NCBI GenBank assembly: GCA_964016885.1
Contig: OZ024749.1
Span: 51,708,001 to 51,772,000, forward strand
DNA from: Eledone cirrhosa
Taxonomy: Eukaryota
Direction of reading: 5' to 3'
Length of the DNA: 64,000 nt
The notes beneath the pieces were generated by a model. That model did not search any database. It saw only the letters and a program-made list of their open reading frames with translations, and was not told the origin of the DNA. Of this stretch, positions 55,626-64,000 are shown one piece after another. Numbering within the stretch: position 1 is the stretch's first letter; every line of letters starts with the position of its first letter. A program made the translations under genes and the position numbers.

Positions 55626-55628
<3 letters not shown>
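55176..55628 (+). mobile_element. Penelope-like non-autonomous element: 38-bp inverted end, direct body and tail, inside (TA)n
   Basis: 55176-55213 is the reverse complement of 55534-55571. Body and tail are homologous to 18955-19548. Confidence 0.88.
55369..55411 (+). ncRNA. Minimal type I hammerhead ribozyme motif (same as 19114-19158)
   Basis: GUCA-CUGAAGA-G-GUCAC(AGAGUGU)GUGAC-GAAA-GAAC-UA-UGAC. Confidence 0.68.
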
Positions 55629-55669
<41 letters not shown>

Positions 55670-55702
55670 ATATATTGTATATATATATGTATATATAAAT
55701 GT

Positions 55703-55829
<127 letters not shown>

Positions 55830-55955
55830 GAATGTGTAGCCGAAAGTGCAGCAACGTGTATAAATATATACACATATCTAATTTGGAGGCATATAAATAT
55901 GCTAGAAAAAATGTATTGAAAAAATGAACATCTGTAATCGATTTTCTGCTCTTCA

Positions 55956-56075
55956 CTGGTTACCCACAGGTGCGAGGCCCGCGAGGTCGAGTGGTTGTTC
56001 CATTGTGTCTCCCTCGCCATCCTCTTGGGAAATGTCCCCTGTCGGCCGGGGCCATGAGGTGGACTGACCCTTTAA
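55956..56075 (+). mobile_element. 3' remnant of a CRE-like (RLE-type) non-LTR retrotransposon
   Basis: Frame reads [28 protein letters not shown], resembling the RE..(W/F)LFQR(L/V)SLAI.RGNA C-terminal motif of CRE-clade ORFs. Second copy at 59790-59973. Confidence 0.65.
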
Positions 56076-56796
56076 CACTGAGTGGTAAATACAGACCATA
56101 CACACACAATCAATATGTATATGATGGCAAGTTGCCTTGTCCTTGGACAATTTAAGGTGGCACACAGATGTGAGTGAGACTGGCCATACATGGGCAACTG
56201 TTGGTCTTCCAGAAAAATAATAAAATAAAATAAAATAAACCACCTTTCCCAGGCTTCCATCTTAGAGAGGAACCTTCCAAGTGCAAATCCATAGTAAGTT
56301 AGGACATAAGAGGCCTTTGTGATTTATATGTAAGTGCAGTCTTATATAGTAATACATGGTTTAGTGTCAGTGTCAAATTATAACAGCCATAGTGTTGGTA
56401 ACTTTGTATATGACTATGTAAAGGTATAATCTTGTCAGGTGTTTAATTTCTCACATTTGAAAAAGATCGTTGTTGATAACAAGTCATTTAATCTAAATAG
56501 AACGCTCTTTAATTGACTAATTAGAAGACTGCTGGATATATGCCTGACTGTTAACAACCATGTCTGTACCGTTGGAATATAAACATTATCGAGCTAGCTA
56601 GAAATAACATTCTTATAGAAGAAATAATATAGTGAGCCATGTATTTATTTTCAGAACTCGTCAAATTAAAAGATGCTTTCATGGAAGCTACAACACTTCA
56701 GATACTTTCATACTTTCTATATAATTAAAGTAGGCGAAAATATACATGGAGTTGTGTGTGTGTGTATATATATTTATATATATGGTGGGGGAGATT

Positions 56797-57298
56797 GTGT
56801 GTGAGTGTTTATATATGTATATTGTAAATATATAAGCATATGTTTATATATATATATGGGGGGGGGGGGGCTGTATGTGTGAGTGTTTATATATGTATAT
56901 TGTAAATATATAAGCATATCTTTATATATATATATGGGGGGGCTATGTGTGAGTGTTTATATATGTATATTGTAAATATATAAGCATATCTTTATATATA
57001 TATATGGGGGGGGCTGTATGTGTGAGTGTTTATATATGTATATTGTAAATATATAAGCATATCTTTATATATATATGGGGGGGGGGGCTGTATGTGTGAG
57101 TGTTTATATATGTATATTGTAAATATATAAGCATATCTTTATATATATATGGGGGGGGGGCTGTATGTGTGAGTGTTTATATATGTATATTGTAAATATA
57201 TAAGCATATCTTTATATATATATGGGGGGGGGGGGCTGTATGTGTGAGTGTTTATATATGTATATTGTAAATATATAAGCATATCTTTATATATATAT
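56797..57298. repeat. Minisatellite, 70-78 bp unit x 7, with variable poly-G and (TA)n tracts
   Basis: gtgagtgtttatatatgtatattgtaaatatataagcatat at 56801, 56879, 56949, 57022, 57096, 57169 and 57244. Confidence 0.95.
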
Positions 57299-57418
57299 AA
57301 GTTTTTATAAATTATTAGGTCGTTGGATTATTTTGAAATGTAGAAAGAATCCGAAACGCAGAATATATATAAATATTTCTCTGCCCGTCCCCTCAATCTT
57401 TCTAACTTCCCAATCTTT

Positions 57419-57452
57419 CTTCTCGTGAAGGACTAGCGTCCGAAACGTTAAG
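57419..57452 (+). ncRNA. Decayed minimal hammerhead motif
   Basis: CUU-CUCGUGA-A-GGAC(UAGC)GUCC-GAAA-CG-UU-AAG. Stems are intact but core G5/A6 are mutated. Confidence 0.5.
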
Positions 57453-57639
57453 GTACTCTTCCTGCTATTTCAAGCGTTAAACTAATATATTCCTTCCATA
57501 TACTGTACACACACACACACACACACATATACATATATATATATATAACACAATTGTAGCTAATTTTATCAACAGTTTTCGTGGTTCACTGCTCAGTCTT
57601 CTCTACCGCGGCACTCTCCTTTCTTTAATGTTTCTTTAG

Positions 57640-57829
57640 TCGGACGCCATGCTTTGCAGCATAGAGTTACGGCCCTTTATGATCTGAGTTCAAATCCCGC
57701 CGAGGTTAACTTTGCCTTTCATCTTTACGGGGTCGATAAAATAAAGTACCAGTCACGCATTGGGGTTGATTTAATCGACTTTCCCCTGTCCCAAAATTGC
57801 TGGCTTTGTGCCTATATAAGAAACCATTA
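57640..57829 (+). mobile_element. Family A long SINE, 5'-truncated
   Basis: cggacgccatgctttgcagcatagagttacggccc...gagttcaaatcccgccgagg...aaaattgctggctttgtgcc. Confidence 0.9.
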
Positions 57830-58319
57830 TTTTCACATCGTTTGTTATTGTGTTTCGTCTCCTCTCTTTCTCTCTAACATCTTCTGTTTTACAGGTGTTT
57901 ACTCAATCGATTCTACCTTTAGTCTTCTATATCGAAATACCTTTGCCCACCATTAAAACATTTTAAATGTTAATATTTAACATTTTAGAAATTCCGTATT
58001 TATAAGACACCAAATACATCTTCCTTGTATAAGCCTTTAAGGTTACAACCACAGTTTTTACTTGCATCCAAACGCAAGACTCTAACTAGTGCTGCTGCTG
58101 CTGCTACTACTACTACTACTACTACTAATAATAATAATAATAATAATAATAATGATAATAATAATAATGATAATAAATTTATCCTTTTCTTTGTGGTGAC
58201 ATAATAAAAACCTTTCCATCTCACACAATCCAACATTAACTTCCCCAGTTTTTCACTGGATATTTCTGTATCTTCATCAATGAAATGTTATATAAATAAA
58301 TAAATAAATAAATAAATAG

Positions 58320-58394
<75 letters not shown>

Positions 58395-58825
58395 GTCGTC
58401 ATGAGTTGCAGTTCACACCGGCTTGAGGCAGAGAACGAAATACCTGTCGATGACGTGAATCCCCTGTTCGATCATAGAATACCACAAGCTTACGTATTAC
58501 GTAAGTTGTATTGATGAATTCGGATTCATAGAAACATATCGGACGTATTGCAGAATATCGTTCGATCTGTCCAGGTCTGTTGTCTAACCTGATTAGTTTT
58601 TTCGTTGTTTTGGTATTGTGTGGCTGGGTTTTGCCTGCCGCAATTTCCAATTTGTCAAGCTGTCTAAACGTATGTTATTACTCTGAGGGCCTACCTCATT
58701 GAGTGCTTTGCTACTCACTCCTAATTGTAGGTCGATTTTGCTTGGCTGCAGCCAAAGCTTCATATTAAATGAATATTTAAATACTCAACTTCAGTATTGA
58801 GTACTTTTTCTAACGTCCCTCAATA

Positions 58826-58911
<86 letters not shown>

Positions 58912-59789
58912 CAAAAGTAAAAGTGAAAAAGCACAGGGGTATATGTGCTTGGGTTCCACTTATCCTCCTCATCAGACGAGGGTCTGCTAGGGGAGCCGGT
59001 TTAGTTGTCGACCACTCGACCTTGAAGCAGGTTTTACTAGGTTACATGGTACCAGTAACAGGCAGAAGCCTGGCCTGACCATAAAACTATAACATTTATA
59101 CAAAACAAACTGTGAAGACATTTAAAATACACAAAACCAGACAGAAACTATTGAAAGAATTTCAAACTGGAATATTTTATAAATTTACCAAATTTAAATA
59201 AATTTAAACAAAAGTAAAACATATTTATCACAGCTGCTCATTTTCTACAGAAATATATATTTTTATTTGAATATTTTGATTGAATTGTATTTCTACATTT
59301 AATTAATGTAGTAAACTAATTTAAGCCCACACCAATGTGTCAGTTAAGATTCAGAAAAATAAGAAACAATTTAATAGATAAAGCAACGAAAATTGTTTCA
59401 AAAAGCAGACGTTCACTTGATATTATTTTTTAGAATAGATTATAATTTTTGTTATATTTTTTTCAAAAAATATAATTTTAAAAATTAGTTTACTGAACCT
59501 TTGTCAATCTTCGTCGAGTTTCCAATAATTCTTGTTTGTTTTACAAATGTGAAAAATAAATGAAATAAAAGACAAGTTTGTCGAAACAATTTCTTTTGAC
59601 AAGAAATTTCGTTTATTCAATTTTCATTATTTCAGAAAGTTTAATATAAACTTTAATATATCTGTTTCTTGTTCAGTTTCGTAAAGTTTATTTCTTTGCA
59701 CGTTTCTTTATATCTGAATTTGCCTCTGTCTTGAAAGTACTTCCATACTGACGTTGGTGCAAAATGTGGTGTGGTAAATAAATATATAC

Positions 59790-59973
59790 ATATACACCAG
59801 GTCCGAACACAATGGAACCAAACGCCTACTGTCACTGCCTGCGTCTATCCTGATATCACCATCTCTCACCATCGGTGCCCTCGGACTGTCTGCCCCGCGG
59901 CCGCGCGGCCGTACGGCCCCGGCGGACAGAATAGAAAAGGCATTTCCCAGGAGGATGCTGAGGGAGACGTTGC
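59790..59973 (-). mobile_element. Second CRE-like non-LTR 3' remnant
   Basis: Minus frame NVSLSILLGNAFSILSAGA, with nucleotide similarity to 56006-56053. Confidence 0.6.
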
Positions 59974-60086
59974 TTATAGTTGTATTGAAACAGATGAAAA
60001 GAACCAAGGTTCTACTATAGAACTAGAACATTTTTACACAAAATAAACTTCTTTTTACGATGTAGTCTAGAGAAGTCTTTTGCCAT

Positions 60087-60271
60087 GGTGGATTGGCAGT
60101 ATCGGTAGAGGGTCGGACGCCATGCTTTGAAGCATAGAGTTACCTCCCTTTATGATCTGAGTTCAAATCCCGCCGAGGTTAACTTTGCCTTTCATCCTTA
60201 CGGGGTCGAGAAAATAAAATACCAGTAATGCACTGGGTAATTGCTGGCCTTGTGCCAAAAGTAGAAACAAT
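60087..60271 (+). mobile_element. Family A short SINE, full length
   Basis: ggtggattggcagtatcggtagagggtcggacgccatg...gcactgggtaattgctggccttgtgccaaaagtagaaac. Confidence 0.92.
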
Positions 60272-62021
60272 TGTATTCTATATAATCACTTTTCAAGCCT
60301 ATGAACTTTTCAGTCGACTCTCGTACATTTACTACGAGTAGTAGTTTCTATGTATTCCTTTCCTATGAAAGACACAACAGGAAATAAGCTTAAAAGCTTT
60401 TAAAAACAACTTGAAATCAATAAATATTTGTATGATGATTGTTTATAACAAAAATAAATATCTTTCCTCTCTCTCTCATCAGTTATTTTAATTTGTAAAA
60501 ACACATAAAAAAAGTGATTGGCAATAATTTACATATTGGCTTGGGTTAGTTAAAATGTATTTAAGAAATAATTGTATTTTTCTAAATACATTTAAAAAAA
60601 ACACAATTATGAAATCTATTGCAAGCCACTTTTTTAATAGTAAAAGAAAGCATAGAATTATTCGTTTCCTAGTTGACATTTTCGAACACTGCATCGATTA
60701 GTTTTCATATTTAATTTCATTCTTCGTGCATAACAATATTTTATTGAATTATTATACGATACCAATAAATTGTCAGTTTTATAGAAAAACAGCACCATTA
60801 ATAAGAAGAGTTTTCACAGCTCTAGCATCACTCCTTCATACTCAGCTTATAAACTTTTTCAGTCCACCCTCGTATAATAGTTAATAGAAGAGTATACAAG
60901 TGACCAACAGATATAAAAATAAAGTTACTTACGCTAAAATATTGAAAGAAGAAATTTATATATTTACTCTTTATTAAAAAAAAATACCAAAAAGAAAAAA
61001 TTTATTTTTTTTTTCGTCGTCTTGTTAGGACAACTAAATCTTTTGCTTAATAATGAGGCCGTAAATATAGATAAAGGAGGCTAAAAGAATCTTTAAAATA
61101 TGCAGATCATATATATGGATGTCCTGCTTTTCTGACAATAAATGCAACTGAGAAATATAGAAATATAGAAATATCTAAAACATCTAAAACTTCAAACTCT
61201 AAGTCAATATTAATAATATATTCTATATCCTAAAGGATTAGGTAGTCGTAGAATTTTAAGTAGGAATAAACTATTGAGTGAAGTAGATACAACATTAACT
61301 ATTAAGTGAATCAGGAGAAAATGTTTGATCCTCCAAGGCTTGTGAGATGTTTTACAAGATGCATACCTAAATATAATTCGTCTTCACTTTTTTTTCCATA
61401 CGGATATATTAATGCATATTGATTTTTTAAATAACTTTTAAAAATAGAAAAAAAAATCTATTACATATTAGCACCTGATTATATTTTTAATGTAGAATTT
61501 CAGAAAAGCACAATTTTAATAAGAAATGTAAAATTTTCTCAATAAAGTTTTAACTAACAAATCAAATATAATTTCTTTAGATTTCAAAAGTAATGTGGTA
61601 GGTTTCATTAACATATGCCTAAGTATTCATTTGAATCGAGTAATTTCTAAATAAGTTGTGAGTCCACCATTTTACAATAGAATTAGTTGTCATATTTCGA
61701 CAGTATAGATAGATATTGCTTAATATTTAATGTCATTTTAAGAGGTGCTTGTGTCGTCACAAACACAAAAGAAATATGGAAAGTAGTTGTGAAAGTATTG
61801 TGGTTTCTTCGTGACCTTTAAAATGTTGCTTGAAGTACCTCAAGTACTACGTGGAAATATTGTTGCGTTCAAATTTATATGTTTTTCAAATACATTAAGA
61901 AATCGTATCCAACTGGTTGAATTAGAAATGTCACCTGTACTGGTACTTCACCCGATGTTATTCCAATTTACAAATAAATGTTATTAGTTTTAATGTTATA
62001 GTAACGCGTTTACCTCTCGTA

Positions 62022-62582
62022 GGCAGGGAATTAGCAGAGTCGTTAGAATGTTGCATAGAATATTTATGGCACTCGTTCCGACTCTCTGCTCTCTGAGTTC
62101 AAATCTCGCCGAAGTCAACTTTGCCTTTCATTATTCCGGGATCGATAGAATATACTATCAGTCATCTACTGCGTCGATTTAGTTGTATGATATTTACACC
62201 AAGGAGTCGTTAGAATGTCGGATAGAATGCTTTGCGCTATTTCGTTCCGTCTCTCTGCTCAATGAGCTCAAATCTCATTAAGATCAACTTTGCCTTTTAG
62301 CCATTTATGATCGATATTAAAAAAAGGTGCCATTCTAGTACTGGGGTCCATTCTTCCTCTATATCTCTATAATGTTCAAAAGGTTACATCTGCAATCCGA
62401 AACAGAAACGTAGTAAATTATTATGTCATGCTTTGAGGTATAGAGTTACAGCCCTTTACGTTCTGATTTCAAATCCCGCTGAGGTTAGCTTTGCCTTTCA
62501 TCCTTACAAGGGCCAATTTAATCGACTTACCCCGTCCTGCTTCGTTCAAAATACTGGCTTTATGCCTCAAGTAGAAACGATC
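62022..62582 (+). mobile_element. Cluster of three SINE copies (families B, B, A)
   Basis: gagtcgttagaatg heads at about 62037 and 62204. A third core ttcaaatcccgctgaggttagctttgcctttcatcc at about 62468. Confidence 0.82.
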
Positions 62583-63101
62583 ATTATTAAATTTATATGA
62601 TTGATGATATAACGTTAATTCAAACAATTGTAACAAAGACAAAGGAAGGTTAATACAGAGGAATTTTAGCAGCTTACGTGAAGAGCAATTATACGACTGG
62701 TGAAATCCATCCAGATTTAAAACCTAATAAAAATCCACAAATAAAAGACATGGAAATCCACAAATAAAAGACATGGAAAACACACGAACACGAGTGTGGT
62801 AATATATTGTCCTTGTTAAAAATAATGTAATTAACGCAATGTTTTTTAATTGTGAGGGTAAAACTGAAGTTAATTGATGTAGTAGAAAGGAATTGGAGAT
62901 TGCTACCTCCCTGCTGCTCTGCTCCCCCCCCCCCATCACTATAAACACAGACACAGACACGGGCACCCGGACACATGCGTACTCTCTCACATACACGCAC
63001 GCACACCCACACGCATGCACTCACAGTTACAGACATATACGTTCACACGCACCCCCCCCCCCCCACCACACACACACATACACCACACACATACACCACA
63101 C

Positions 63102-63135
<34 letters not shown>

Positions 63136-63671
63136 CATATAAAGGGTGAATCTTTTCAGTTTTCGTCTACTAAATACCCAAATTCTACATTGCAACCCGT
63201 CGCCTGATTTAAAACCCTCTTCGATTGGTCATTGGGTGCCTTTAGCAATAGGCCCAGGTCCCAGATTTGGAGATACTTTTCTCCCTTCCACCAGTCTTGG
63301 CGGCCTTCGAAAGGATCCTGAACACTAACCTTCTATCCCTGACGAAACAAAACAAAAACCAAACAAACATTTGAGTGCTCTACATTTTCTATACGCATCA
63401 CATGCAGATACCAGCGCAGTCTTCTCTTTTACACACTTCTTCCGATTCCTTTCATATCCAGTATTTTTCTCTCTGTTTATTTGGGCTTCGTCGTTCATAT
63501 AGATTAACATTTATTCTGTTACAAAAGTATGTTAACTTCATAACTTTCTAGTTTTATTCCCCAAAAACTCAATATACAAAGTTCACTTTTCCCTACCAGG
63601 CAACATTAGATCAGACTTCGTAACAAAGCACCACAAAATTTGCTTTTCGCTTTAAGGGAGAGAAACATTTT

Positions 63672-63723
<52 letters not shown>

Positions 63724-63747
63724 TTTCTTTATTATCTATTTATTTGT

Positions 63748-63999
63748 TTATTTTGTTACCAAAAGAGAATAATGGCTTCCCGTTCGTTTTCTTACACCTA
63801 CCTTCACTACATATGTAAGGAAAAGCTGTTGGGTTTTTCTAGGAAGCTGTCTGTGTATATCGAGAATATATTGATATGATATTTCTCGTATGTTCTTAGT
63901 TATTGCTATTCCTCTATATCTGTCGTATACAAGGTCAACACCCTCTTTCTTCAACCTACCGAAAATCCCACTACATCTAACTTTACTTTCATAGTTCAC
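63748..63999 (-). other. Non-repetitive open frame, possibly a decayed transposon PIN/XPG-like nuclease fragment or an exon
   Basis: GVDLVYDRYRGIAITKNIRE resembles the VD(V/L)VFDRY...SIK motif of Academ-type XPG domains. Similarity judged by eye only, and the segment runs to the window edge. Confidence 0.25.
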
Positions 64000-64000
64000 A

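Noticed and set aside
58399-58650. 83-aa non-repetitive ORF (possible MULE-like remnant) and a + strand GTAAGT donor at 58501
   Set aside because: Similarity is too vague to name, and there is no good acceptor or partner exons.
58945-58985. CUGAUGAG on the minus strand near a TA/TG tract
   Set aside because: No stem II or GAAA. The segment belongs to the dispersed repeat shared with 41128-41295, where the motif is not conserved.
62731-62779. 23-bp tandem duplication (similar short duplications at 38018-38075 and 22305-22450)
   Set aside because: Ordinary slippage duplications with no further structure.

Overview
AT-rich, microsatellite-saturated eukaryotic DNA, most consistent with an octopus or other coleoid cephalopod intergenic or intronic region (inferred from repeat content, not proven). 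There is a 200-N scaffold gap at 25568-25767. No intact host protein-coding gene can be supported, and almost all ORF-track entries are translations of (TA)n, (CA)n, (GA)n or trinucleotide repeats. The window is a mosaic of: more than 25 copies or fragments of tRNA-derived SINEs; Tc1/mariner remnants and a mariner-derived MITE; RTE-like and CRE-like non-LTR fragments; and several minisatellites. The most interesting signal is a set of minimal type I hammerhead ribozyme (HHR) motifs from several unrelated families. Most sit in short non-coding elements within (TA)n tracts, with Penelope-like architecture (inverted arm + direct arm + 3' tail). Three of them carry the compensatory U3-A8 core (UUGAnAA) in place of C3-G8 (CUGAnGA). 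All structures were read by eye and need computational and biochemical confirmation.
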